A DNA stretch of 64,000 bases from Eledone cirrhosa (GCA_964016885.1 OZ024760.1:16368001-16432000), one strand, 5' to 3'. Shown: positions 26,215 through 39,554, counted from the first letter of the stretch. Notes: generated from the letters alone by a model not told the origin. Numbers and translations: made by a program.

Positions 26215-26770
26215 ATCATCATCATCATCGTTTAACGTCCATCTGCCACGCTAGCATGTGTTGGAAGGGTTTGTTCCACTTGAGGCAAGATTGGTCAGGT
26301 GAATGTGTCTCGTTCGTACAGAACTGTTTCTGGCAGATTTTCTATGGCTGGATGCCTTTCCTAACAGCAACCACATTTACAGTGTGGACTGGGAGCCTTA
26401 TTACCGTGTCTCCTACACAACCACATTTACAGTGTGGACTGGGTACTTTTTGTTGCAACACCTACACGATCACTTTACTGTGTAGGCTGGGTACTTTTGT
26501 CGTGACACCTACATGACCACTTTACAGTGTGTACTGGGTGCTTTTTGTCGTGGCTCCTACACGACCACTTTACAGTGTGGACTGGGAACCTTTTTACCAT
26601 GTCTCCTACACGACCACTTTAGAGTGTGGACAGGGAGCCGTTTTACCGGGTCTCCTACACGACCACTTTACAGTGAGGACTGGGAGCCTTTTTACCGTGT
26701 CTCGTACACAACCACTTTACAGTGTGGACTGGGTGCTTTTTGTTGTGTCACCTACATGACCAATTTACAT
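26215..26770 (-). mobile_element. RTE 3'-UTR-derived element with about 8 tandem copies of an internal ~50-bp unit
   Basis: Homologous to 52250-52505; unit CACGACCACTTTACAGTGTGGACTGGG... Confidence 0.7.
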
Positions 26771-26875
26771 ATGTATGTGCATGTTTTCATTAGGTGAAAA
26801 ACTTAACTAAATAAACACACAAACAATTTTTTTTTTTTAAAACATTTTTTATTCAGACTGAAAATATATATATGC

Positions 26876-26933
<58 letters not shown>

Positions 26934-27326
26934 ACATATATATCTACATACACACATACATATATATAGCTTTTCAAATAACTGGGTGGGTTTTCAAATA
27001 GGAAAATGTCAAGTCTTGTTCAGACCCTTTGTATAAGTGTTTTAACCTAATGTTCTTTAAAAAAATTATTATTATTAATATTATTGATAATTATAATAAT
27101 TTTTATAAACAGTAGGGAGGGAGGGAAGGAAGGAGGTGAAAAAAAAAACTTAACTGAAACATTTAACATAAACTAATTCAGTTTTACTGTGTAATAATTA
27201 TGCATATACATACATGTCATACACAAGTATGTGTGTATATATATACATTTTACTGTGTCAAATTTCGGGTTTGTGACCTTATTAAGCAGCAATGTGTGTG
27301 TGTCTGTATCAGTATGTGTGTGTCTG

Positions 27327-27379
<53 letters not shown>

Positions 27380-27942
27380 ATAGGGGAGAGCTAGGTGATA
27401 TAGAAGAAAGGGGGTGGTGGTAGTGACCGTGGTGGATGAGGGTAGTAAAAGGTGTATGTGAAGTAGGTAGGTGCGGTGGGGGAGGGGAGGAAAGAGCTTA
27501 TTGCTCCTCCTATCCCTCTCACCCACCCGCAACCGAACTCCCTCAACTGGAAATTTAAAAAAAAAAAAAAAAAATTAAAAATTAAAAATAAAACAATTAC
27601 AGTTATAAAAAAATAATATAAAATAAAAAAAGGCAGAAATTTATTAGAAATTTAAACTAAAAAATCTGTTTAAAAAAAAAATTATTTAGAAGCTGGACAT
27701 TATTAATACATTATTATTCTTGTTGTTACTATCATTGTTACTGTTTTTTTTAGACATGTCTAATATCTTAATCTGTTATAAATTCGATTTTACACACAAA
27801 AAAAAAAAAGCCACACACTATCGTCCTGTACCATGTTTAGCCCTTTAGCATTTAGGCAGCACGGTCAGTCTCATAATCAAAAGTAACACTTGGAGCAATC
27901 TGAAGGTCATGAGTTCGATCCCCACCTGGAGCACTCTTTTGT

Positions 27943-28160
27943 GAAGGCGCGTGGCTGAGTGGGTTAGAGAATTAGATTCACAATCGTGAGGTCGTGAGTT
28001 CGATTCCTGGACTGGGCGATGCGTTATGTCCTTGAGCAAGACACTTTATTTCACGTTGCTCCTTCTACCTGGAGTTGTGACCGACAGAGAGTATTAGCAA
28101 TTGGAAAGACCAACGGAAACATTGTTCCCTTGGTCCGATTTGACGAAAGTCGATCGACTG
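27943..28160 (+). mobile_element. tRNA-derived SINE family C
   Basis: A/B boxes, CCTTGAGCAAGACACTT core, distinct 3' tail; reverse copy at 63375-63591; related heads at 2200-2410 (-) and 20505-20730 (+). Confidence 0.75.
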
Positions 28161-28484
28161 TCGATATATACTATTGTATTATACTATCATATGTTCACGG
28201 TAAAGGCTTTATCTCACATAATATTGACTCTATGAGATTTTGATATTTATTTTGAGAACAATACCTTAACATAAATATGAGCAGCCAGTTATGGTCGGTT
28301 TGAACTGAAAAAGGTGACAGAAGTCTGGCTGGATACGGAGGGATTAAATGCTACAGGGTTAAAGTCTCCTTAATGTTAGCCCTGTGTGGCTAATAAAGAA
28401 ATCATCATTATTATTATTATCATATATTATGTGAGTGTGGTGGAGGTGGGGATTATACATTGAGTGGAAGGGGTGGTACTGGAG

Positions 28485-28872
28485 GGAGGAGGGAACAATA
28501 TTGAGTAGTGGTGGTGGGAGTGAGGGATCATATATTGAGTGAGTGGTGGTGGGAGTGAGGGATCATACATTGAGTGAGTGGTGGTGAGAGTGAGGGATCA
28601 TATATTGAGTGAGTGGTGGTGGTGGGAGTGAGGGATCATATATTGAGTGAAAGTGGTGGGAGTGAGGGATCATATATTGAGTGAGAGTGGTGGTGAGAGT
28701 GAGGGATCATATATTGAGTGAGTGGTGGTGGGAGTGAGGCTCATACATTGAGTGAGTGGTGGTGGTGGTGGTGGTGAGGGATCATATATTGAGTGAAAGT
28801 GGTGGGAGTGAGGGATCATATATTGAGTGAGTGGTGGTGGTGGGAGTGAGGGATCATATATTGAGTGAAAGT
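28485..28872. repeat. ~35-bp G-rich minisatellite
   Basis: GAGGGATCATATATTGAGTGAGTGGTGGTGGGAGT units. Confidence 0.88.
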
Positions 28873-29274
28873 AGTGTTGAGTGCTAGTGTTGAGTGCTAG
28901 TGCAAGTAGAGGTAAGGTCTGAGTGAGTGAAAGAGGAAGGAGTGTGGTTTGTTTAGGGGGTGGGGTGGGAGTGGGGTGGTGTTGATGTCATAGGGCAGAT
29001 ATTGTGACACCAGCACTTCCATTTATAAAAAAAAAAAAAAAAAAAAAAAAAGGAAAGGGACCGATTGTGAAATCGAACCAAGGAAAGGAAACAATGTTTC
29101 CATTGGTCTTTCCATAACTGCCAATCACAACATGCCGACTGGTCTAGGATTTGAACTTACGACCTTATATATCATCATCATCATCGTTTAACGTCCATCT
29201 TCCACGCTAGCATGGGTTTGGACGGGAATTTTCCCACTTGAGGCAAGTTGTCTTGCTCCTATAGGACTGTCTGG

Positions 29275-29275
29275 C

Positions 29276-29314
<39 letters not shown>

Positions 29315-29661
29315 CATATATATATACATATATATATACACATATATATATACATATATATATACATATATATATACATATATATATACACATATATATA
29401 TACATATATATACATATATATATACATATATATACATATATATATACATATACACATATATATACATATATATATACACATATATATATACATATATATA
29501 TATACATATATATATATACATATATATATACATATACATATATATATACATATACATATATATATACATATACATATATATATACATATACATATATATA
29601 TATATATACATATACATATACATATATACATATACATATATATATATACATATACATATAC

Positions 29662-29708
<47 letters not shown>

Positions 29709-29785
29709 CATACATATATATATACATATATATATACATATATATATACATATATATATACATATATATATACATATATATATAC

Positions 29786-29845
<60 letters not shown>
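29275..29845. repeat. Compound (TA)n/(TATACA)n microsatellite
   Basis: Direct reading. Confidence 0.95.
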
Positions 29846-29849
<4 letters not shown>

Positions 29850-29971
29850 TAAGATGGATACAGTAAGAAACTAGTTAGACCATTACACACCAGAGTACTC
29901 AATACTTGGAGTAGTAAAGTATGGTTATATGAAAAAGTCGGGACCCCGTTTGAACAGCTAGTTCGATATAT

Positions 29972-30007
<36 letters not shown>

Positions 30008-30059
30008 TCATCATCGTTTAACGTCTATCTTCCATGCTAGCATATATAAATATATATAT

Positions 30060-30256
30060 ATAGGAAAAAGTATGACCCCGACGGCAGAGCTCAAGTCGTT
30101 TCGACGGCTATTTCTGGACTACAGAAATAGCCGTCTAAACGGCTTGAGCTCTGCCGTCGGGGTCATACTTTTTCCTATTTCCTACTCTACTACCCTAAGT
30201 ATTGAGTACTCTGGTGCGTTATGGTCCATCTCGTTCCTTACCACAATTCCTTTGTA
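30060..30256 (+). mobile_element. Fold-back mini-element (3' half-hammerhead family)
   Basis: About 57-bp inverted arms at 30060-30178 plus a tail containing GTATTGAGTACT; TA-flanked; homologs at 47217-47413 and 59829-60024. Confidence 0.7.
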
Positions 30257-30319
30257 AATATATATATATATATATATATACATATACATACATACATACA
30301 TACATATATATATCACAGC

Positions 30320-30582
30320 TCCCATGACTTTTTGGAAACATTTTTTTCCACGCTCAGAGTTGCTGAAGCATGGAACAAACTCCCTGCATCAGTTGTTAGC
30401 TGCCAAGACACTGCATCCTTTAAAACCTCCATCCTTCCTGAAATTCGCCAACACTACACCTAATATCCCCCCCCCCCTCCATACACACACACACATGTAC
30501 ATTATTCTATGTACTATACATGCACCTTTGATGGGTTGTAGTGCACCTGAGCACTGTACACAATAATTTCATTATTATTATA
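30320..30582 (+). mobile_element. CR1/L2-like LINE 3' end
   Basis: FF.STLRVAEAWNKLPASVV....ASFK motif, (ATT)n tail. Confidence 0.65.
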
Positions 30583-31002
30583 TTATATAGACACACATAT
30601 ATACACACACAAACATGACTGTAGTTCTAAGACAAAAGAAGGGGAGATTGTCTGAAAATGTTGCATGCAGCCCCTAGCTTCTTAAGTGAAGTAGTGGTGT
30701 GCATTCTGTTCCCACTTCACCACGGGAGGGTTACATAATATTGTCTTAAGGTAACATATTACCCAACTCTATAAAGATTTAGGAATAGGGTTGAGGGTGG
30801 TGGTAGGAGAAGTGTATGGGGAGGAGGAGGTGGGTACGTTTTTTCATTTTTGACCCCTCCCCCCCAAACAATTATTGTTAGTGAAAATAATTTATACACA
30901 TAATTCTAGGTTTTATATATCCACTTAAATACTGGGTGTATAACAAAAACCCCAAATAGGTGTGTATACATACAAAAGGTGTATATATAGTTTTATAGAG
31001 AA

Positions 31003-32146
31003 AATAATTGTTTCCACTTTAGGTACAAGGCCAGCAATTTGAAGAAGAAGGGGAAAACCGATTTAATCGACCCCCCCCCCCCAGTGCATTACTGGTACTT
31101 TATTTTATCGACCCCGTAAGGATGAAAGGCAAAGTTAACCTTGGCGGAATTTGAACCCAGAACGTAAAGGGCCACAACTCGATAATAATAATGATTTCTA
31201 ATTTAAGCACAAGGCCAGCAATTTTGACAGGAAGAGGGGGGGGGGAGGGGGTAATTGATTACATTAACCCCCGTGCCCCAGGATATGACTGGTACGTAAT
31301 TCTATCAATCCTGGAAGGATGAAAGGTAAAGTTGACCTCGGTGGTCACATAATTTAGTGTCGTTCGTTATTAAACACCACAAGGCATTTTCTCTGATGGT
31401 CTCTCTGTCTGTCTGTCTGTCGACTTTGGAAATTAATGGCCCAATAATAATAATAATTGTTTCTACTTTAGGCACAAGGCCAGCAATTACCCAGTACATT
31501 ACTGGTACTTTATTTTATCGACCCCACAAGAATGAAAGGCAAAGTTAACCTCGGCGGGATTTGAACTCAGACTGTAAAGGGCCGTAACTCTGCTAGAAAG
31601 CATGGCGTCCAACCCTCTACCGGTTCTGCCAATTCACCGCCCAATAATAATAATGTTTTAATAGTAGTAGTAGTAGTAATTTGATTTCTGATTTAGGGAC
31701 AACAATTTGGGGAGACGGGAAAATCGATTAAATCAACCCCAGTACATTACTGGTACTTTATTTTATCGACCCCGTAAAGATGAAAGGTAAAGTTAACCTC
31801 GGCGGGATTTGAACTCAGACTGTAAAGGATCGTAACTCTATGCTGCAAAGCATGGCGTCCGACGCTCTACCGAGTCTGCCAATCCACTGCCTTTAGTAGT
31901 AGTAGTAACAACAATAATAATAATAATAATGGTTTCTTATATAGGCACAAGGCCAGCAATTTCGGGGGGAGGGGAAAAGCGATTAAATCAACCCCAGAGT
32001 ATTACCGGTACTTTATTTTATCGACCCCGTAAGGATGAAAGGCAAAGTTAACCTCGGTGGGATTTGAGCTTAGAATGTAAAGGATCGTAACTGAGCTGCA
32101 AAGCATGGCGTCCGACGCTCTACCGAGTCTGCTAAACCACCGCCCT
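31003..32146 (-). mobile_element. Cluster of about 5 same-orientation SINE family B copies just downstream of the BAG stop codon
   Basis: Copies at about 31003-31180, 31190-31345 (degenerate), 31450-31643, 31680-31892 and 31930-32146. Confidence 0.8.
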
Positions 32147-32274
32147 TAGCATTAGTAGTAGTAGTAGTAGTAGTTGTAGTAATAATAATAATAATAATGA
32201 TAATAATGTCCTTTTAAATATCACAAAGTAAGAATTTAACAATGAATACATGCTATACATACAAGCAACAGTGG

Positions 32275-33495
32275 TTAGCAAGCAACTTCACTATCTAACA
32301 TCATTTCTCGGACACGACCGGGCTCCTTCTTGTCACCATTGTTGTTCGAACCAGACTTTTCCGTGGGAGTGGCGGCGTTGTCGGATTTGTCCTCTTCTTT
32401 CTTCTGCTTCTCGCTATCCCTCTTGTTGTCGTCACCACTCATCCCTTTCAGTTCGAGCAAGTCCAGCGTTTGGGTGATTGTGTTCACGGCGTGTTTCCGA
32501 GCCTGGCGGATGCTGTCGTCGGAGCCGGCCTGGATGTCATCCAGTTTCAGTAACATCCTCGTCAACATTTCCTCAAGGTATTTGTAATTTTTGTCCTTCT
32601 TGCCACCGCGGAAAGCATTCACCTGAAGCCCCAGGTCTTTAGCATCTTCAACAATCTTTTCAACTGTCTCTAGAGGAGAAAGGGGTTTTTCAGGTTCAAC
32701 GTCCTTCGGCGACCCTTCTTTAGCTGTCTGTTCTTTCCCTGTTTCGGCGTGGGTGTAGACGTGGGGAGCTTTCATATAGACTCCTTGGCTGGATGGTCTC
32801 TTCGCCGTCTGTGGGCTCCCAGCCCCAGGGCTGTCAGAGTGGCGCACTATTGGTATAACACGTTCACCACCGCCGCCACCAGCAACACCACTAGGGTGAT
32901 GAGATGGGCTGCCAGTCCACGACCCCTGGAAACTGTGGGGCGGTTGGCCATGTTGGTAATTGAATTGGTGTTGCCGAGGCTGTTGTTGATGTTGTGGGTG
33001 GTGCTGCTGCTGTTGTTGCGGTGGTGGTGGTGGTGGTGGTGGTGGGTGATGCTGCTGCTGCTGTTGTGGTGGTGGTGTTGCTGCTGGCTGCTGTTGTTGC
33101 TGCTGTTGGTGGAGGTGGTGTGGCTGCTGTTGGTGGTGAGGCTGACCCTGGAAGTTAGGGTAATTGAAGGCCGGGGTATGCTGGAAGTGTGTCGTGTAGT
33201 GTGGCCGAGGTTGTTCTGAAGGCTGCGAATTGCCGACGTGTTGGATAGGGATCTCTCGTGTTTCAGAACTTGTGGGATACTGGTGGCTGTGTTGGTGCTG
33301 TGGTGGCTGCTGCTGCTGTGGTGGGTACTGGTAATGAGCCGAATGAACAGGAATCTGTCGAGGGTGACCACTACTGAAACCTTGGTTACCATGCCCACTC
33401 TGAGGAGAGTAAGCCGAAGACATCTCGTGGTTGACCGGAATTTCAACCATCTTGCCACTTTGATTCTGGTAAGGATTGCCGAAAAACATCTGTGG
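32275..33495 (-). CDS. BAG-domain Hsp70 co-chaperone, BAG3/starvin-like; terminal coding exon
   Basis: 404-aa ORF with a C-terminal BAG domain (PLETVEKIVEDAKDL...KNYKYLEEMLTRMLLKLDDIQAGSDDSIRQARKHAVNTITQTLDLLELK), IPV/IPI motifs and a P/Q/H-rich middle. On the minus strand a pyrimidine tract + CAG acceptor precedes 33495 in phase 0 (CCA CAG ATG). Confidence 0.9.
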   Translation of the reverse strand, partial: PQMFFGNPYQNQSGKMVEIPVNHEMSSAYSPQSGHGNQGFSSGHPRQIPVHSAHYQYPPQQQQPPQHQHSHQYPTSSETREIPIQHVGNSQPSEQPRPHYTTHFQHTPAFNYPNFQGQPHHQQQPHHLHQQQQQQQPAATPPPQQQQQHHPPPPPPPPPQQQQQHHPQHQQQPRQHQFNYQHGQPPHSFQGSWTGSPSHHPSGVAGGGGGERVIPIVRHSDSPGAGSPQTAKRPSSQGVYMKAPHVYTHAETGKEQTAKEGSPKDVEPEKPLSPLETVEKIVEDAKDLGLQVNAFRGGKKDKNYKYLEEMLTRMLLKLDDIQAGSDDSIRQARKHAVNTITQTLDLLELKGMSGDDNKRDSEKQKKEEDKSDNAATPTEKSGSNNNGDKKEPGRVREMMLDSEVAC

Positions 33496-33549
33496 CTGCA
33501 GAGAGAAGAAAAAGGAGAAGAATTAGTGAGAAATATTCCCAACAGGGTC

Positions 33550-34310
33550 TTTAACCCTTTAATGTTCAAACCGGCCAAAACTGGCCAGAATCTCTCTACC
33601 TCTTTCTGTTGAAACTGGATATAACTGGATATAACTGGTTGCTCAAACTGATGTTAAGGTATTGTTCTCAAAATAAATACTTTCACAATCTCATAGATTC
33701 GATATTATGTGAGATAAAGCATTTACCATGAAAATATAATAGTATATATAGAGTAATGTGAATGCTAAAGGGTTAACTCTTTAGCATTTACATTATTCGA
33801 TATTTATTACTGTATTTTCACAGTAAAGGCTTTATATCACATAATTATCTCACATAATATCGAATTGACGAGATTTTGATGATGTTTATTTTCAGAACAA
33901 TACCTTAATGTAGGAATGAGCAGCCAGTTATAGCCAGTTTAAACAGAAAGAGGTGAGAGAATTCTGGCCAGATATGGCCGGTTTAAATGTTAAAAGGTTA
34001 AACTAATGATGAAACACATATAAGGATATAAGTTTAACCCTTTCGCTACCATATTTCTAACGAAAGACACTGCATATTGTTTTCAAATAATGAAGAATTT
34101 AACCCTTTTGCATTTACATTACTCTATATTTACTATTGCATTTTCACAGTAAACGCTTTATCTCAGATAATATCGAATCTACAAGATTTTGATATTTCTT
34201 TTAAGAACAATACCTTAACATAAGTATGAGTAACCAGTTATGGCTGGTTTGAACAAAAAGAGGTGAGAGAATTCTGGCCAGATATGACTGGTTTGAATAC
34301 TAAAGGGGTA
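33550..34310. mobile_element. Cluster of three piggyBac-like (TTAA) MITEs
   Basis: TTAA-CCCTTTA(G/A)(C/T)(A/G)TT...AATG(C/T)TAAAGGG-TTAA; ~225-bp copies at 33550-33775 (-), 33773-34001 (+) and 34099-34310 (+). Confidence 0.78.
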
Positions 34311-35199
34311 AAGGGATTTAGTAACGTAACTTAACAAAGGTTCTTACATAAAATTATGATGGAGAAGTTAGTTTTAGATAAACAAACACTTAAACCCTTT
34401 CGTTACCATATTTCTAATGGAACATAACTTAAGAAAGGTTCTTACATAAAATTAGGATGGGAGGTTTTAGATAAATATAAACACTTAAATTCTTTCCTTA
34501 CCATATTTAATGAAAGACTTTCAAATAATTTTGAAAACAATCCTAAATTTGGAAGGCTTTAGCAACATAACTAAGTTTTTCATTAGTAAGTTGGTGTTAG
34601 GAACATAACTAATTTTTTCATTAGTAAGTTGGTGTTAGGAACATAACTTAACAAAGGTGTTTATATGAAATTATGATGGAAAGATTTATTATTTTTAAAC
34701 ATTTTTTTTAGATAAAATATAAACACTTTAAAACAAACAGTTTTGTATTCTAGAACCTGATACAGTTTCAGATGGTTTAATATCAAAGGGGTCAGTCATG
34801 GATGGCTACTGTTAATGGGGTCAGCCATGGATTGCTACTGTTAAAGGGGTCAGCCATGGATGGCTACTGTTAAAGGAATCAACCATGGATGTTGTTGTAA
34901 CTAGATTGATGTCTGACTCAACCATACATACAATGCTACAATCACAACAATTATTAATATATAAAATTAGATTGTGGTGTATGTGGTGGTGGTGGTGGTG
35001 GTGGTGGTGGTGGTAGTGGTGGTAGTGGTAGTGGTGGTGTATGTGGTGGTGGTGGTGGTGGTAGTGGTGGTAGTGGTGGTAGTGGTAGGGTAACTGAACT
35101 ATGGACCTCACCCACCCATCACCCCTTAATTGTTAAGATTCTAATCAACTTTGATATTATTAATAAAACAACTAATCATGTTCTTCCCCAAATCACAAG

Positions 35200-36788
35200 G
35201 GAGCAGCTATTAATACATATCTACCAACACATCCACAATGACCCACAGGAGAGAGCAGTCATTAATACATAGCTACCAACACATCCACAATGAACCAGAG
35301 GAGGGAGCAGTCATTAATACATAGCTACCAACACATCCACAATGAACCAGAGGAGGGAGCAATCAAGCAATACACTGGGTAATTGCTGGCCTTATGCCAA
35401 AAGTAGAAACAATTATTATATATCTACCAACACATCCACAATGACCCACAGGAGGGAGCAGTCATTATTATATATCTACCAACACATCCACAATGACCCA
35501 CAGGAGGGAGCAGTCATTATTATATATCTACCAACACTTCCACAATGACCCACAGGAGGGAGCAATCATTATTATATATCTACCAACACTTCCACAATGA
35601 CCCACAGGAGGGAGCAATCATTATTATATATCTACCAACACATCCACAATGACCCACAGGAGGGAGCAGTCATTATTATATATCTACCAACACATCCACA
35701 ATGACCCACAGGAGGGAGCAGTCATTATTATATATCTACCAACACTTCCACAATGACCCACAGGAGGGAGCAATCATTATTATATATCTACCAACACTTC
35801 CACAATGACCCACAGGAGGGAGCAATCATTATTATATATCTACCAACACATCCACAATGACCCACAGGAGGGAGCAGTCATTATTATATATCTACCAACA
35901 CATCCACAATGACCCACAGGAGGGAGCAGTCATTATTATATATCTACCAACACTTCCACAATGACCCACAGGAGGGAGCAATCATTATTATATATCTACC
36001 AACACTTCCACAATGACCCACAGGAGGGAGCAATCATTATTATATATCTACCAACACTTCCACAATGACCCACAGGAGGGAGCAGTCATTATTATATCTA
36101 CCAACACTTTTACAATGACCCACAGGAGGGAGCAGTCATTATTATATATCTACCAACACAACCACAATGACCCACAGGAGGGAGCAGTCATTATTATATA
36201 TCTACCAACACAACCACAATGACCCACAGGAGGGAGCGATCATTATTATATATCTACCAACACATCCACAATGACCCACAGGAGGGAGCAGTCATTATTA
36301 TATATCTACCAACACAACCACAATGACCCACAGGAGGGAGCAGTCATTATTATATATCTACCAACACAACCACAATGACCCACAGGAGGGAGCAGTCATT
36401 ATTATATATCTACCAACACTTCGACAATGACCCACAGGAGGGAGCAGTCATTATTATATATCTACCAACACAACCACAATGACCCACAGGAGGGAGCAGT
36501 CATTATTATATATCTACCAACACAACCACAATGACCCACAGGAGGGAGCAGTCATTATTATATATCTACCAACACAACCACAATGACCCACAGGAGGGAG
36601 CAGTCATTATTATATATCTACCAACACAACCACAATGACCCACAGGAGGGAGCAGTCATTATTATATATCTACCAACACAACCACAATGACCCACAGGAG
36701 GGAGCAGTCATTATTATATATCTACCAACACTTCGACAATGACCCACAGGAGGGAGCAGTCATTATTATATATCTACCAACACTTCCA
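35200..36788. repeat. 52-bp minisatellite, about 30 units
   Basis: ATGACCCACAGGAGGGAGCARTCATTATTATATATCTACCAACACWWCCACA. Confidence 0.95.
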
Positions 36789-37224
36789 ATCAATTCTTTC
36801 TCCTATCTTTATGTTAGACCAGGCAATCACAGTTTTTGATCAAAGCACACACACACACACACATATATACATACACATGCACACACATATACATACACAC
36901 CCATACACAGACACACACATATTGCACCGGTAACAGATGCGGTTGATCAATAAAGCATTTACTAAACACCATCATCACCCCCACCCTCATCACCATCATC
37001 ATTACCACCACTAGCACCCTCATCACTATCATCACCACTGCCACCATCATCACCACCATCAACATCATCATTACCACCACTAGCACCATCATCACCACCA
37101 CCACCACCACCACATATACTTATATCAACTTGCTTTATTAACAATTATTCTAAACCCCCCCCCCCCTTATATAAACACTGACGTTACACAGACACACACA
37201 CTTCCTCCCTTCCCTGATTAATGA

Positions 37225-37890
37225 GGAGGAGGAGGAGGGATGCAGAATAGGTGAGAGGAGGAGGACAGGAGGGTGTGGAGGAGAATACATAAGGGAGGAA
37301 CAGGTGAGACGGGAGAGGAGGTAGAGAGAGAGGAGAGAGAGCGGGGTGGAGGAAGATGTAGAAAGAGGAGAGAGAGGAGGAAGATGGGGGAGGAGAGAGA
37401 GAGGAGAAGACAGGAAGGAGAGAGAGAGGAGGAAGATGGGGAGGAGAGAGAGAGAGGAGGAAGATGGGGAGGAGAGAGAGAGAGGAAAAGACAGTAAGGA
37501 GAGAGAGAGGAGGAAGATAGGGAGGAGAGAGAGAGAGGAGAAGACAGGGAGGAGAGAGAGGAGGAAGATGGGGAGGAGAGAGAGAGAGGAGAAGACAGGA
37601 AGGAGAGAGAGAGGAGGAAGATGGGGGGAGAGAGAGGGGAGGAAGATGGGGAGGAGAGAGAGAGAGGAGACAGGAAGGAGAGAGGGGAAAGGAGGAAAAT
37701 AGAAAGGAAAAGAGAGGGAGGAGCATAATATAGAGGAGAGAGAGAGGGGGTGGGTGGGTGGCGGAGAGAGAGAGGGTGGGTGGGTTGAGGAGAGAGAGAG
37801 GGGGTGGGTGGAGGAGAATGTAGAAGGAAGGAACACAAGAGAGAAAGAGAGGGGATGATGATGATGAGGGAGAGGGAGGAGGGGGAGGAG
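37225..37890. repeat. Polypurine (GA-rich) tract with a cryptic ~25-bp unit
   Basis: GGAGAGAGAGAGGAGGAAGATGGGG / GAAGACAGGAA units. Confidence 0.9.
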
Positions 37891-37979
37891 TGTTTTCTAT
37901 CATAAAATCTACCAAACCAATAAAACAGTTAAGTTCATTAATTAGACAAAACAAACAAACAAAAACAAATAAATTAATG

Positions 37980-38180
37980 GTGATTTCTAATTAAAGCACA
38001 AGGCAAACAATTTGTGGTGAAGGTGAAAGTTGATTAAATCGCCCCCAGTGCATTACTGGTACTTTATTTTATTGACCCCGTAAGGGTGAAAGGCAAAGTT
38101 AACCTCGACAGGATTTGAACTCAGAATGTAAAGGGCCGTAACTCTATGCCGCAAAGCATGATATCTGACGCTCTGCCAAT
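37980..38180 (-). mobile_element. SINE family B copy
   Basis: Homologous to family B; further copies at about 12495-12628, 40052-40245, 40340-40470, 41050-41195, 52988-53180 and 60420-60627. Confidence 0.78.
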
Positions 38181-39318
38181 ATTGTTTAATAATAATAATT
38201 GTTTCATTTATTGTCCACAAGGGCCAACATATAGGGGACAATACAAAAAGACAGGGACAGTGGGTGGGTTTACAAAAATCTAAATACAACAATAACATCA
38301 TCATCGTTTAACGTCCATTTTCCACGCTAGCATGGAAATATAAAGTACAAACAACGGTATTCCCCAATAGGGTGGAGAACCACCCAGAGGCCACTCAGAT
38401 ACCCCAATGTGTTATTTGCAAAAAAAAATCGACAAAACACAAAAGCTGATAGTCTTATTTTCCTTGGTAAAATGTCACTGAGGACAGGCAAAGATCCTGA
38501 AGTAGCAGTAGTAACAATATAGTCCAATTATGAAATGGTACCAACAGAGAAAGTTTAGTATCAGGAAATTAATTTATAAATTAAGGAAGAAACAGTTTTA
38601 AAAATGCTTGTTAGATTTTCTCTCCTACATGACTCCATATTACACTGCTTCACTGTAGAAGAAACTCAATACACACATACATACGCAAATATATATTTAG
38701 ACACACACACAGACATATATATATATATACATGCATACACACATATATTTACATACACAGACACACATATATATAAATATTTACACACAAATTTACATAC
38801 AGACACATATATATATATATATATATAATATATATATTTACACACACATATATATATTTACATACAGACACATAGATATATATTTACACACACACACATA
38901 TATATATTTACATACAGACACAGATATATTTACACACACATATATATATATATTTACATACACATTCATTAATGGCTGAGATTTATAAGAAAATGTCAGT
39001 TAAAAATGGCAAATATCTGAAAATTAGAGAAAATGGGATGGAATATTCCTGACATTTCGAAACAAACTGGTTTTAGACAATAAGGAATGACACACAATAC
39101 AGTGTGTGTGTGTATGTGTGTGTGTGTGTGTGTGTGTGAGTGAGAGAGAGTGAGAGAGAGAAATAACAACACAATCAGTACAGTATATGGAAGGAATATA
39201 TTAGGTTAACGCCTGGTATAGCAAGAAGAGGGTCTTAACGTTTCAGATGCTAGTCCTTCATGAGAAGAAAGAATGAGAAATAAGATAGATTAAAAAAAAT
39301 CATCATCACCATCACCGT

Positions 39319-39356
<38 letters not shown>

Positions 39357-39395
39357 CGAAACAAGTCAATTGCATGAACTCATAATCCTTTATTT

Positions 39396-39453
39396 ACTGC
39401 TATATATATATTTCGATGATAGCTATTGAATGGCTATGACCTCATCAGGCAGT
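39396..39453 (-). ncRNA. Minimal type I hammerhead ribozyme motif
   Basis: Minus strand: ACTGC-CTGATGA-GGTcATAGC..GCTATcATC-GAAA-TATATATA-TA-GCAGT. Confidence 0.75.
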
Positions 39454-39512
39454 TAGTCAGTTCTTAGATATGCCAGCTGTGTGTTTATAGTGTTGATGGT
39501 ATCAGAGCCTTG

Positions 39513-39554
<42 letters not shown>

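Noticed and set aside
29188-29874. YI/YM/HI-repeat ORFs (also at 24.0, 47.2, 48.2, 52.4, 53.4 and 63.0 kb)
   Set aside because: (TA)n/(CA)n microsatellite translations.
32330-33612. Alternative-frame and antisense ORFs over the BAG exon
   Set aside because: By-products of the GC-rich, CAG/CCA-repetitive real coding frame.
15695-36788. 35-bp and 52-bp arrays as CRISPR-like loci
   Set aside because: Units are contiguous with no unique spacers, there are no cas genes, and the context is eukaryotic.
37150-37954. Long Leu/Ser/Pro and Glu/Arg/Gly ORFs
   Set aside because: Polypurine/polypyrimidine low-complexity tract.
38330-38660. Unique island as an upstream BAG coding exon
   Set aside because: No WW-like translation and no strong minus-strand splice donor found; it could still be UTR.
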